Shown here piece after piece: positions 30,512 to 39,828 of a stretch of 64,000 bases of DNA. The position numbers and the translations under genes are program-made. Every line of letters starts with the position of its first letter. The first letter of the stretch is position 1. The DNA is from Spirochaetota bacterium (GTDB lineage: Bacteria; Spirochaetota; UBA4802; UBA5550), in contig CAXXHB010000003.1 in NCBI GenBank assembly GCA_963664815.2, forward strand, positions 1,536,001-1,600,000. The letters are read 5' to 3'. The notes under the pieces are model-generated. The model worked only from the letters and a program-made list of their open reading frames with translations, ran no database searches and was not told the origin of the DNA.

Positions 30512-33100
30512 ATGAGTAATATTATATATTTTAATAAAGATTTAAAATTGGAAGATGAAAAAGTATTATCGAAGCTGGGAATCCGGGGGAGAAGAGCAGT
30601 TGAACTTGCAAGTATGGGTTTACCGATTGTACCTGGTTTTATAGTCGATTCTGAACTAACATTGAAACTGCCTCAGGTAAATATTAAAGAACAACTTCTT
30701 TCCCAGATATCTCAGATAGAAAAAGAAACAAAGAAAAAGTTTGGAGATAATAAAAAACCATTATTTTTAAAACTCGTTTTAAGTTCGGATTTGAATGTTC
30801 CATTCTTTCCTTCAATTCATAATATAGGTATGAATAGTGAAACTGTAGAAGCATTCGGAAAATTTACAGGTAATGAATTTGCTTATGGTGAATACCTGTT
30901 TTTAATGAGAAATCTTGCTACAAAGCTATTTAATATACCTGAAGAAAACAGAAAAAAAATTGAAGGGACTCTTCCGAAAAAACCATCACTTGATCAGATA
31001 AAGAATACAATAGATGCATATAAAAAGGAATTTGATAAGAATTTCAGTGATGATGTTATGGATCAACTGATATTGATAATGAAAAAAGCAGCTGAAACAT
31101 ATTGTGATTCTGATATTGATGTAGATAATACATTGTCAATAATGATTCAGGCAATGGTTTATGGAAATTTTGGTGATAATTCATACTCTGGTAATTATTT
31201 TACAAGAAACATAATAACTGGGGATGCAGAGATACAGGGCGATTTTTTAAAAAATGAGTTTGATTTTACTGGTGGTAAAGCTACTGAAATTAAAAATATA
31301 GATAAAAAATATTTCGATAAATTTACACAAATAGGTCATAAGATAGAAGAAAATTTTAAAGAAATTCGAAATATAAAGTTTACTATTGAAGAAGGAGATT
31401 TCTGGCTTGTTGAACAGAGGGAGGTTGATGAAAAATCAACACAATCGCAAATAAAAACTCTTTTAGACTTAAATGCTAATAAAATAATAACTGATGAATA
31501 TCTTATTAAAAATATTAAGCCAGGACAGCTGAATGAATTACTTCATCCTGTTATTGATCCACGTACTGTAAAGAATATAAAAACTATCAAGGGTGGTATT
31601 GCCGGATCTACTGGGGCTGCAATTGGTAAAGTATTTTTTTCAACGCCAAAGCTTTTAGAAGAATATAAGAAAGCAATAATGCATGGGTCTGATACAAATA
31701 TGATTTTAATTTTAACTTCTTCTTTTGCTGAAGATGTAAAGGCAATAGAGGTTGCTCAGGCTGTTGTTACATGCGAAGGTGGCTTTTCTTCTCATGCACC
31801 AGTTGTTGCAAGAAGTCTTGGAAAAGTTGCGATGGTTCAGCCGGAAATGAAAATTAAAGGTAATTCTCTGACAATTGATGGTAAAACTGTTAAGGAAGGA
31901 GATTATATATCTATCAATGTCCCGTATTATGAAGAACCGACATTATATCTTGGTAAAATAGGTCTCATTGAACCGGATTTTAAAAATAATGGGCTACTGG
32001 ATTTTCTGAAAATTGTAGAAAAGTATATTGGACCATTTAATGTAAGAGCTAATGCTGACCAGGGAAGAGATGCGATAGTATCGAAAGAATTTCAGGCCGA
32101 TGGAATCGGCTTGTGTCGTACAGAACATATGTTTTTCAATGAAAAAAGAATTATGAAATTCAGGGAAATGATTATTGCTGATGGTTCAAAAGAAAGAATT
32201 AAAGTGTTGGATATATTGAGACCTATGCAAAGATCTGATTTTTATGATCTTTTTAAAACTATGGAAGGTAAACCGGTAACTATAAGGTTACTGGATGCTC
32301 CATTGCATGAGTTCCTGCCGAGATCAGAAGATAGTATGAAAGAATTCGTTGAATATATGCAACAGAAGAAAAAGGATATTAAAGCAACAGAGATCGCAGC
32401 CAGATGTGAAGAGCTTGAAGAGATGAATCCAATGCTCGGACACAGGGGATGTCGTGTTGCAGTAACATATCCTGAAATTTATGAGATGCAATGCAGAGCG
32501 ATTTTTGAAGCTGCTTGTATGTTGAAAAAAGAAGGATTGGTGGTATCGCCAGAGATAATGATACCGATAGTTATGAGTGAACAGGAAATAAAATTTATTA
32601 AGAATGGCAAAAAGATTGAAGGTATTGTTGTCAAAGGAATAAGAGATATTAAAGAAGAGGTATTGCAGGAATATGGAGTTGACGATCTGCATTACAGCGT
32701 CGGAACAATGATAGAACTTCCTGCTGCTGCATTATCAGCAGGGTATATTGCAGAATATGCAGAGTTTTTCAGTTTTGGAACTAATGATTTAACTCAGACA
32801 ACTTATGGACTTTCACGTGACGACTCAAACTCATTTTTCCCGGATTACTCACTTTTTGATTTAATGAAAAATAATCCGTTTAAAGTTCTTGGTGATCCTG
32901 TAAAGGAACTAATCAGTATAGCTGCAATGAGAGGAAAACTTACCAGGCCTGATATTAAAATGGGCCTTTGCGGTGAACATGGGGCAAATCCGGATAATAT
33001 TGCTTTCTGTATTGAAGCAGGATTAAATTATGTATCATGTTCGCCTTTTGCAATACCATTGGCAAAACTGGGTATTGCTCAATATAATCTTAATAAATAA
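30512..33100 (+). CDS. ppdK: PPDK-family PEP-utilising protein with degenerate ATP-grasp domain
   Basis: GGFSSHAPVVAR, GIGLCRTEHMF, TIRLLD, NPMLGHRGCR, FSFGTNDLTQ and GLCGEHG present; N-terminal nucleotide motifs altered. Confidence 0.85.
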   Translation: MSNIIYFNKDLKLEDEKVLSKLGIRGRRAVELASMGLPIVPGFIVDSELTLKLPQVNIKEQLLSQISQIEKETKKKFGDNKKPLFLKLVLSSDLNVPFFPSIHNIGMNSETVEAFGKFTGNEFAYGEYLFLMRNLATKLFNIPEENRKKIEGTLPKKPSLDQIKNTIDAYKKEFDKNFSDDVMDQLILIMKKAAETYCDSDIDVDNTLSIMIQAMVYGNFGDNSYSGNYFTRNIITGDAEIQGDFLKNEFDFTGGKATEIKNIDKKYFDKFTQIGHKIEENFKEIRNIKFTIEEGDFWLVEQREVDEKSTQSQIKTLLDLNANKIITDEYLIKNIKPGQLNELLHPVIDPRTVKNIKTIKGGIAGSTGAAIGKVFFSTPKLLEEYKKAIMHGSDTNMILILTSSFAEDVKAIEVAQAVVTCEGGFSSHAPVVARSLGKVAMVQPEMKIKGNSLTIDGKTVKEGDYISINVPYYEEPTLYLGKIGLIEPDFKNNGLLDFLKIVEKYIGPFNVRANADQGRDAIVSKEFQADGIGLCRTEHMFFNEKRIMKFREMIIADGSKERIKVLDILRPMQRSDFYDLFKTMEGKPVTIRLLDAPLHEFLPRSEDSMKEFVEYMQQKKKDIKATEIAARCEELEEMNPMLGHRGCRVAVTYPEIYEMQCRAIFEAACMLKKEGLVVSPEIMIPIVMSEQEIKFIKNGKKIEGIVVKGIRDIKEEVLQEYGVDDLHYSVGTMIELPAAALSAGYIAEYAEFFSFGTNDLTQTTYGLSRDDSNSFFPDYSLFDLMKNNPFKVLGDPVKELISIAAMRGKLTRPDIKMGLCGEHGANPDNIAFCIEAGLNYVSCSPFAIPLAKLGIAQYNLNK

Positions 33101-33115
33101 AAAAATTATTAATTG

Positions 33116-33158
33116 TTTAGAATAAAAAAACGGCTGAATGCCGTTTTTTTATTCTAAA
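33116..33158. terminator. Bidirectional intrinsic terminator between the ppdK-like gene and pgk
   Basis: Perfect 19-bp inverted repeat TTTAGAATAAAAAAACGGC/GCCGTTTTTTTATTCTAAA. Confidence 0.9.
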
Positions 33159-33192
33159 TTTTACTGAAATATAACAAAAAGTGTATTTTAAA

Positions 33193-34377
33193 TTATTTAT
33201 CCAGTGCAGCGATTCCCGGAAGTATTTTACCTTCGAGAAGTTCAAGAAAGGCGCCTCCACCGGTTGAGATATAACTTATTTTATCAGTTACTCCTGCCTG
33301 ATTAATTGCCGTAACACTGTCTCCACCTCCGACAATACTTAAACAATCTGATTCAGCAAGTGTGTTGGCGATTTCATTTGTACCTGTGGCGAAATTTGAC
33401 ATTTCAAATGCTCCCATCGGTCCGTTCCAGACAATCGTTTTTGCTTTCTTTATTTTTTCTGAAAATAAAGAAATAGATTTAGGTCCAATATCAAGACCAA
33501 TTATATTATCAGGGATTTCATCGATTGAATATATTGATCTTGGTGAATCATTATCAAATTCTTCTGCGCCGACTATATCAACTGGAAGAAGTAATTCCAC
33601 ATTGTTTTCTCTGGCCTTTTTCAGTATTTCTCTCGCGGTATCGAGTAATTCATCTTCAAGAAGAGAATTTCCAATGGAATAACCTTTTGACTTAAGAAAT
33701 GTAAAAGCCATTCCACCGCCAATGATAAGAAAATCGACTTTGGATAAAATATTAAGTAAAACATCAATTTTGGAAGAAACTTTTGCGCCGCCAATTATTG
33801 CGCCGAACGGACTTTTTGCTGATTGAATTGTTTTCTGGCTGAATTCAATTTCATCTTTCAGTAAAAATCCGGCTGCTGTAACATCCATAAATTCGGTGAT
33901 TGCAAAATTTGAAGCATGTCCCCTGTGTGCTGCTGCAAAAGCATCGTTGATGTATATATCTGCATGTTTTGAAAGCAGTTCACCCAGAGATCTGTCGTTT
34001 TTTTCCTCTCCAGGATAAAAACGTATATTTTCAAATAATACAATGTCTCCAAAGTTTAAATCGTTGGTTATTTTTATTGTTTCTTCACCAAGCGGTATAT
34101 CAATGAAATTAACCGGCATGTTTAAAATCTTACTTAAACTGTCGGAAACAGGTTTTAAAGAAAGACTGGATTTTACCTGTCCCTTGGGACGTCCCAGGTG
34201 GGATATCAGTATTATTTTACAATTATTATTAAGGCAGTATTTGATAGTTGGTATAGTTGCAGTAATTCTTGTGTCGTCAGTGATTCTCATCTCCTTGTCA
34301 TAAGGTACATTATAATCAACACGAATCATAACACGTTTGTTTTTAAGATCTATCTGGTCTATATATTTTACTGTCAT
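33193..34377 (-). CDS. pgk: Phosphoglycerate kinase
   Basis: RVDYNVP, SHLGRP, GGAKVSSK, WNGPMG, GGGDS, STGGGAFLE. Confidence 0.98.
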   Translation of the reverse strand: MTVKYIDQIDLKNKRVMIRVDYNVPYDKEMRITDDTRITATIPTIKYCLNNNCKIILISHLGRPKGQVKSSLSLKPVSDSLSKILNMPVNFIDIPLGEETIKITNDLNFGDIVLFENIRFYPGEEKNDRSLGELLSKHADIYINDAFAAAHRGHASNFAITEFMDVTAAGFLLKDEIEFSQKTIQSAKSPFGAIIGGAKVSSKIDVLLNILSKVDFLIIGGGMAFTFLKSKGYSIGNSLLEDELLDTAREILKKARENNVELLLPVDIVGAEEFDNDSPRSIYSIDEIPDNIIGLDIGPKSISLFSEKIKKAKTIVWNGPMGAFEMSNFATGTNEIANTLAESDCLSIVGGGDSVTAINQAGVTDKISYISTGGGAFLELLEGKILPGIAALDK

Positions 34378-34393
34378 AAAACTTAATCCTCTT

Positions 34394-35398
34394 TTATGTA
34401 TTTCTTAATTTTAATTCTTTTCTTTTTTTCCTTACAAGAACGAATTTTGAAACAATAATTGAAATTTCATATAGAAACATAAGTGGAACTCCGACAAGAC
34501 TTTGCGATAAAAAATCTGGTCCGGGCGTAACTATTGCAGCTGTAATCCAGATGATGATTACAGCATATTTCCTTTTACTTATTAGAAATTGTGGTGTAAT
34601 TAAACCAATTTTAGTCAGTAATAGCACTAAAATTGGGAGCTCGGAAAGAAAACCCATTATGCAAGACATAAAAAATATAAAATGCAGATAATCATTAGCG
34701 TCAATAGTGCTAAGCATTGAAGTATCAATGAAACTTAACAGTACTTTAACCATTGATGGTAGAATTAGGAAAACAAAAATAACTCCGGCATAAAAAAGTG
34801 TAATAGATGAAATAATTATTGATCTTGAAACATATCGGGTAGGTTTTTCTATAGCTGGTGAAATAAACCTCCAAACATGAAATAAAATTAATGGTATAAG
34901 AATTATTAATGCAATTGCAGCTGCGACTTTCATCTTTATAATGAATCCACCGACTAATGTAAAAACATTAAGTTTATTTCCTGTTTGCTGAAACGGTTTA
35001 TTAATAAAAGTAATTAAGAAATCCGAAAAATAAAAAGCAACAGACGCCAGTATAAAAAATGATATAATTATTACAATTAAACGTGACCTGAGTTCATCAA
35101 GATGTTCTACAATGGTCATCGGCTCATCACCTCTTGCGAGTGCAGATGGATCTATTGGTTCGTTTTCTTCATTGGATGTAAGTTCTTTTATCTTGCTGAG
35201 TTGCTTTTTACCGTTTGTTTTAGTATTAATGGCAGGTTTATTATCGCCAGATTTTTTATTTGTAACGCTTTTTTCAGTTATTGAGCTTTTTTTTCCGATA
35301 CTTTTCTTGGTTTCAGGTTTTGAATTCTTTACCTGAGTATTTTTTTCAGAATTTACCTTTTTAATGTCAGAAACTTTTTTTTTATTATTATCAGTCAA
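34394..35398 (-). CDS. tatC: Twin-arginine translocase TatC with Lys-rich N-terminal extension
   Basis: MTIVEHLDELRSRL, WRFISPA, ELP, AAIVTPGPD, LYE. Confidence 0.92.
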   Translation of the reverse strand: MTDNNKKKVSDIKKVNSEKNTQVKNSKPETKKSIGKKSSITEKSVTNKKSGDNKPAINTKTNGKKQLSKIKELTSNEENEPIDPSALARGDEPMTIVEHLDELRSRLIVIIISFFILASVAFYFSDFLITFINKPFQQTGNKLNVFTLVGGFIIKMKVAAAIALIILIPLILFHVWRFISPAIEKPTRYVSRSIIISSITLFYAGVIFVFLILPSMVKVLLSFIDTSMLSTIDANDYLHFIFFMSCIMGFLSELPILVLLLTKIGLITPQFLISKRKYAVIIIWITAAIVTPGPDFLSQSLVGVPLMFLYEISIIVSKFVLVRKKRKELKLRNT

Positions 35399-35410
35399 AA
35401 TGATCTCCGG

Positions 35411-36124
35411 TTAATAGTCTTCTGTACTTACTATTTTTTCATTTTCATCAAAAATTTTCCATTTACCGGTTTTTAAATCATTTTTGTAATATCCTTCAGA
35501 TGTTCTTTTTCCAGTTTTATCATAATATTTCCAGAGTCCGTTTTTTATACCGCCTTTATATTCGCCAATTGAACATCTTTTACCATTCGGATAGTATAGA
35601 TTTTCTGTACCCTCTTTGTTGTCTTTTGAGTACATTGAGATCTCTTTAGGATTTCCATCAGGGTAATAAATTCTGAAAGTTCCGTCTTTTTTATTGTTTT
35701 TATAAATAATTTCCGAAAGTGGAACTCCTTCCTCGGAAAATTCATTAAAAGGACCGTTTAATTCGCCATTTTTAAAAGTCGCCTGGATTTTCTTTGCTTT
35801 ACCACCCGGGTAGTATGTAATCCAGAGTCCGTTTTTTTGATTAGCTTTGTACGGTCCCCTGGCAAGAAGATTTTTTTCATTCGAATCATATGAATAAATT
35901 TTCCAGTCACCCTCTTTCTGAGAATTCCTTACATTGCCTTCAGCTATGACTTCGTTGTTATCGTTGAGTAGTTTAAAATATCCATTTTTAACAGTTATTT
36001 CATAACCTTTGAGTTCGTCTTCTGCAATAATTGAAATGTCTGGAATATCATTATTTGAATATAAGGCTAGAGCATAATTCATTAGCAATATCATAATAAT
36101 GATAATTATTGATTTTTTCATCAA
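35411..36124 (-). CDS. Exported MORN-variant repeat protein (YwqK-like)
   Basis: Signal-like N-terminus; repeated G.YK.G.K.G.W..YY..G units. Confidence 0.8.
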   Translation of the reverse strand: MMKKSIIIIIMILLMNYALALYSNNDIPDISIIAEDELKGYEITVKNGYFKLLNDNNEVIAEGNVRNSQKEGDWKIYSYDSNEKNLLARGPYKANQKNGLWITYYPGGKAKKIQATFKNGELNGPFNEFSEEGVPLSEIIYKNNKKDGTFRIYYPDGNPKEISMYSKDNKEGTENLYYPNGKRCSIGEYKGGIKNGLWKYYDKTGKRTSEGYYKNDLKTGKWKIFDENEKIVSTEDY

Positions 36125-36320
36125 CCATACCTTTTAAAAGTTATTTAATTCAGAAAAGTTTTATGTCTTCTTAGATTTTGTTTGTTTTTATAAACTTTAT
36201 ACCGATAATAAATCTGTATCAGGTTTATTTAAGGCAGTTATAAGCTTTAAAGTTATATAGTCAAATATTTTTTGAGTCAGATTTATAAGATAAAAAATTT
36301 ACATACCGAGGTATAATTCT

Positions 36321-37115
36321 ATGATGAGATCACTCTGGACTGCTGCATCTGGAATGGTGGGGCAACAGTTTAATATTGATACAATTTCCAATAATCTTTC
36401 GAATGTAAATACAACCGGTTTTAAAAAGCAGAGGGCGGAGTTTGAGGATCTGCTTTATCAGACAGTTTTATCTGCCGGGACACCGGCTACTGAAGTGACA
36501 GAAATACCTACCGGTATACAGGTTGGGCATGGAGTTAAGGTGGCTGCTACTCAAAAAATGTTTGAACAGGGCAGCCTTCAGTCAACAGAAAATAAACTTG
36601 ATATTGCTCTTGAAGGTGAAGGTTTTTTTAAGATACAGCTTTATGATGGATCAAGTGCATATACACGGGACGGTTCATTCAAAATAGATTCAAACAGGCA
36701 GGTAGTTACATCTAACGGGTATCTTCTTGAGCCTCCGGTTGTCCTGCCGGAAAGTTTCATTATGAACACATTAACTATCAGTCAGGATGGAAAAATTACT
36801 GTAAAAACCGTTGGTGAAGAGGATCCGATTGAAGTAGGTCAGCTGGAAATTTACAGATTTATAAATCCGGCCGGTTTAAGCAGCATAGGTGGGAACCTGT
36901 TTAAAACCAGTCCTGCTTCCGGTGATGAGATTCCGGGACAACCAGGTATTGAGGGAATGGCTAAAACACATCAGGGATTCCTTGAAATGTCCAATGTTAA
37001 GGTTGTTGAAGAGATGGTCAATATGATAGTTGCACAGAGAGCTTATGAAATTAACTCAAAAGCTATTCAGACTTCGGATTCTATGCTTAGTACAGCGATA
37101 GGACTTAAGCGATAA
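36321..37115 (+). CDS. flgG: Flagellar basal-body distal rod protein FlgG
   Basis: MRSLWTAASGM, NNLSNVNTTGFK, YTRDGSF, LEMSNV, AQRAYE. Confidence 0.97.
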   Translation: MMRSLWTAASGMVGQQFNIDTISNNLSNVNTTGFKKQRAEFEDLLYQTVLSAGTPATEVTEIPTGIQVGHGVKVAATQKMFEQGSLQSTENKLDIALEGEGFFKIQLYDGSSAYTRDGSFKIDSNRQVVTSNGYLLEPPVVLPESFIMNTLTISQDGKITVKTVGEEDPIEVGQLEIYRFINPAGLSSIGGNLFKTSPASGDEIPGQPGIEGMAKTHQGFLEMSNVKVVEEMVNMIVAQRAYEINSKAIQTSDSMLSTAIGLKR

Positions 37116-37627
37116 TGAAATTTTTTAAAGTAGCAGCTATTCTGATCTTTTTACTGGGATTCTATATAAGCGGATTCACTTATACAAGGATTTATCTTTT
37201 TTCAGAAACTGAGACCGGTAAAGAGAATTTAGTATTATCCGATATCTGTAAAATGGAAGGAGATGGTATCGATAAAATAGCCGGAATTGTTATATCATCC
37301 GGACTCTATAAAGACGGAATTGTTGACAGTCAGGAATTATACGATTTACTTAGTAAAAGTCTGGGCAACAAATTATTAATTTTCGGGAGTGGAGTTAAGA
37401 TCAGAAAAATTAAAACCATGAACGGGCCTGAAGTAATGAAAACAATTCTGGTCGAAAAGGGCGAGATGGTTGATCTTTCAATAAAAAAAAATGGTATCGT
37501 TATAGAAATTAAAGGCAAAGCTTTAAGCAGCGGTTCAGAGAAAGATAAGATTGATTTCAGATTATCGACAGGAAAAGTTATAAAAGGTAAAATCATCTCA
37601 CTCAACAGGGCGGATATAGATTTATGA
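37115..37627 (+). CDS. flgA: P-ring chaperone FlgA-like protein
   Basis: Signal-like N-terminus; C-terminal VEKGEMV..I.IKGKALSSG..GKVIKGKI; lies between flgG and flgH. Confidence 0.65.
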   Translation: MKFFKVAAILIFLLGFYISGFTYTRIYLFSETETGKENLVLSDICKMEGDGIDKIAGIVISSGLYKDGIVDSQELYDLLSKSLGNKLLIFGSGVKIRKIKTMNGPEVMKTILVEKGEMVDLSIKKNGIVIEIKGKALSSGSEKDKIDFRLSTGKVIKGKIISLNRADIDL

Positions 37628-38253
37628 TAAAAGGTTTTCGAATATCCTTTTTATTTATTATAATTACTACATCTGTATGTGCTGCAACAATATGGAAGGA
37701 AAAAGATATCTATTCCACAGATAAAAATCTTCAGGTGGGAGATATTATAATAGTGAACGTAAGAGATTTTTCAAAATTAAAATTTGATATTGCTCTTAAT
37801 AATAATACTTCTTCAAATGTTGCTTCCAACCCGGATATGACAATAACAGGATTCCTGCCGAAAATATCTGCCAATAAAAATATTAAAAATAATGAATCAA
37901 CTAATTTTAATGGTAATTCAAAAATTGAAATTGCAATAGCCGCAAGAGTAACTGAAAAACAGAATAACGGTTTATCCGTTATCAATGGTAACAGGATATA
38001 CACATTTGATGGAGTAACAAATACAATTCAGATAGCAGGCATTATTGATCCTAAACTGTTGAATGCAGGCACAATTGATTCCGGGCATGTGGCGGATTTC
38101 ACAATTCAGATAACCGGAAGAAAGGATGGCCTCACTATAAGAAAAGCACAGGTTTCCGGAAGTGAACAGGCAGATACAAAACTTTCCGAGCAGGAAAAGC
38201 AGCAGATAGTAATAGATTATCTTGAAAAAATTATAAGGGAATTAACCAGGTAA
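37624..38253 (+). CDS. flgH: Flagellar L-ring protein FlgH
   Basis: VGDIIIVNV, AARVTE, IAGIIDP, IDSGHVAD; operon position. Confidence 0.75.
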   Translation: MIKGFRISFLFIIITTSVCAATIWKEKDIYSTDKNLQVGDIIIVNVRDFSKLKFDIALNNNTSSNVASNPDMTITGFLPKISANKNIKNNESTNFNGNSKIEIAIAARVTEKQNNGLSVINGNRIYTFDGVTNTIQIAGIIDPKLLNAGTIDSGHVADFTIQITGRKDGLTIRKAQVSGSEQADTKLSEQEKQQIVIDYLEKIIRELTR

Positions 38254-38254
38254 A

Positions 38255-39265
38255 ATGAAAATTTATAAACTGACGTCTCTCATAATTTTTATATTTCTGT
38301 CAGTAAACCTCAATGCAGAGATACCTGTGAAAGTAAAAAATATCTGTTTTATTGACGGTTATAAAACCAACCAGGCATATGGTTATGGGCTTGTTGTAGG
38401 ACTTCAGGGGACTGGAGATTCAAAGTCAGGTTTAACTAAAAATTCATTGAAAAATCTTCTGGCGTCAATGGGACTGCAGGAGGAAAACCCCGTAATAAAG
38501 AATACAGCAGCAGTGATTATATCAGCAACTCTTCCTCCAAATTTAAGGGTCGGTGAAAAGATTGATGTAAACGTATCATCAGTCGGTGATGCGAAGTCTC
38601 TTGCAGGGGGTATTCTTGTCCAGTCATCTTTGAAAGGGGGAGATGGCCTGATTTATATAGCTGCGCAGGGGAAAATCTCATTTCCTTCGGGAGAGAATGC
38701 AAGAAGTACTGTTAAAACTGCCGGAATTATTGTCGGTGGAGGAGTTGTCGAGAAAGAGATAAAACCGGATTTTGTATTTAAAACATCGGATAACAAAGAT
38801 TTTATTTACCTTGTGCTGAACAACTGGGATTATTCAACAGCGGATAAGCTGATTAAAGCATTGAAAGTGAAACTTAAAACCAGTGAGATAACCCTTGCTG
38901 AAAATGGAAGGATAAGTATAACGATTGATAATGCGATTCCTTTATCAGAATTTATTTCGAGTATTGAGAATGTTGAAGTAGTGCCGGAGACAAGGGCTAC
39001 TATAGTAGTAAATGAAAAAGATGGAACTATTGTTACAGGTGGGAATGTTACAATTTCAGAGGCAATGGTCAGCAGGCGTGGGATGCTGGTTCAGATTGAA
39101 AAATCTGATAAAAAGCTGAGCGCTTCAGTTATTAAGGATTCTTCAACTGTTAAAGATCTGGTGGACAGCCTGAATGCGGTAGGCGCCAATACAGAAGACA
39201 TTATTTCAATACTTAAAGCCCTTAAAGATTCCGGGGCATTACACGCAGAGTTGATTATTAAGTGA
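38255..39265 (+). CDS. flgI: Flagellar P-ring protein FlgI
   Basis: GYGLVVGLQGTGD, GDAKSLAGG, AAQG, GALHAEL. Confidence 0.95.
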   Translation: MKIYKLTSLIIFIFLSVNLNAEIPVKVKNICFIDGYKTNQAYGYGLVVGLQGTGDSKSGLTKNSLKNLLASMGLQEENPVIKNTAAVIISATLPPNLRVGEKIDVNVSSVGDAKSLAGGILVQSSLKGGDGLIYIAAQGKISFPSGENARSTVKTAGIIVGGGVVEKEIKPDFVFKTSDNKDFIYLVLNNWDYSTADKLIKALKVKLKTSEITLAENGRISITIDNAIPLSEFISSIENVEVVPETRATIVVNEKDGTIVTGGNVTISEAMVSRRGMLVQIEKSDKKLSASVIKDSSTVKDLVDSLNAVGANTEDIISILKALKDSGALHAELIIK

Positions 39266-39272
39266 GGTCGTT

Positions 39273-39650
39273 ATGAACGGAATTGAAGGTATAATCAGTA
39301 ATACGGTTTCTTCAAGAGTTAAACCGGCGGAGAATAGTCTTAACAGAATGAATTCCGGTGATAAATTTGAAACTGAGTTAAAATCGGCAGTTGCACAGAA
39401 TGATCCTGCCAAAATGGATAAAGAACATAAAAAACTCTGGAATACCTGTGTTGAAGCTGAGTCTCTGTTTGTAGGGAAAATGCTGAAAGAGATGAAAAAG
39501 ACAGTTCCGAAAGATGAATGGCTGCATGGAGGACAGGCTGAAGACATTTTTGAAGATATGCTTTATGATGAGTACTCACTGCAGATGTCCAAGAATTGCA
39601 ATTTCGGAATGGCTAAACTTCTATATAATGAAATGAGCAAAAGAATTTAA
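39273..39650 (+). CDS. flgJ: Rod-binding FlgJ (no muramidase domain)
   Basis: ESLFVGKMLKEMKKTV, IFEDMLYDEYS, GMAKLLY. Confidence 0.85.
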   Translation: MNGIEGIISNTVSSRVKPAENSLNRMNSGDKFETELKSAVAQNDPAKMDKEHKKLWNTCVEAESLFVGKMLKEMKKTVPKDEWLHGGQAEDIFEDMLYDEYSLQMSKNCNFGMAKLLYNEMSKRI

Positions 39651-39679
39651 TTGCTTTAAATAAATAATCCGGATATGAT

Positions 39680-39712
39680 AATCCCTCATGCGTAATGCAG
39701 AGGGATTTTTTA
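39680..39712 (+). terminator. Intrinsic terminator after flgJ
   Basis: AATCCCTC...GAGGGATT followed by a T run. Confidence 0.75.
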
Positions 39713-39774
39713 ATCTGCAGACAGTTAAGAATGCATGAATACTTTCGTAATTGAATATATTTGTATCAATGATA

Positions 39775-39803
39775 TTGACATTTTTATGGGCAATTATTAT
39801 TTT
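39775..39803 (+). promoter_or_regulatory. Sigma70 promoter for the small basic ORF
   Basis: TTGACA-17 nt-TATTTT; AGGAGG RBS at 39818-39823. Confidence 0.55.
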
Positions 39804-39828
39804 GCTTATAATGTAGCAGGAGGATATT

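Noticed and set aside
35411-36124. YwqK-like protein as the antitoxin of a toxin-antitoxin system
   Set aside because: No adjacent toxin; generic exported MORN-variant repeats
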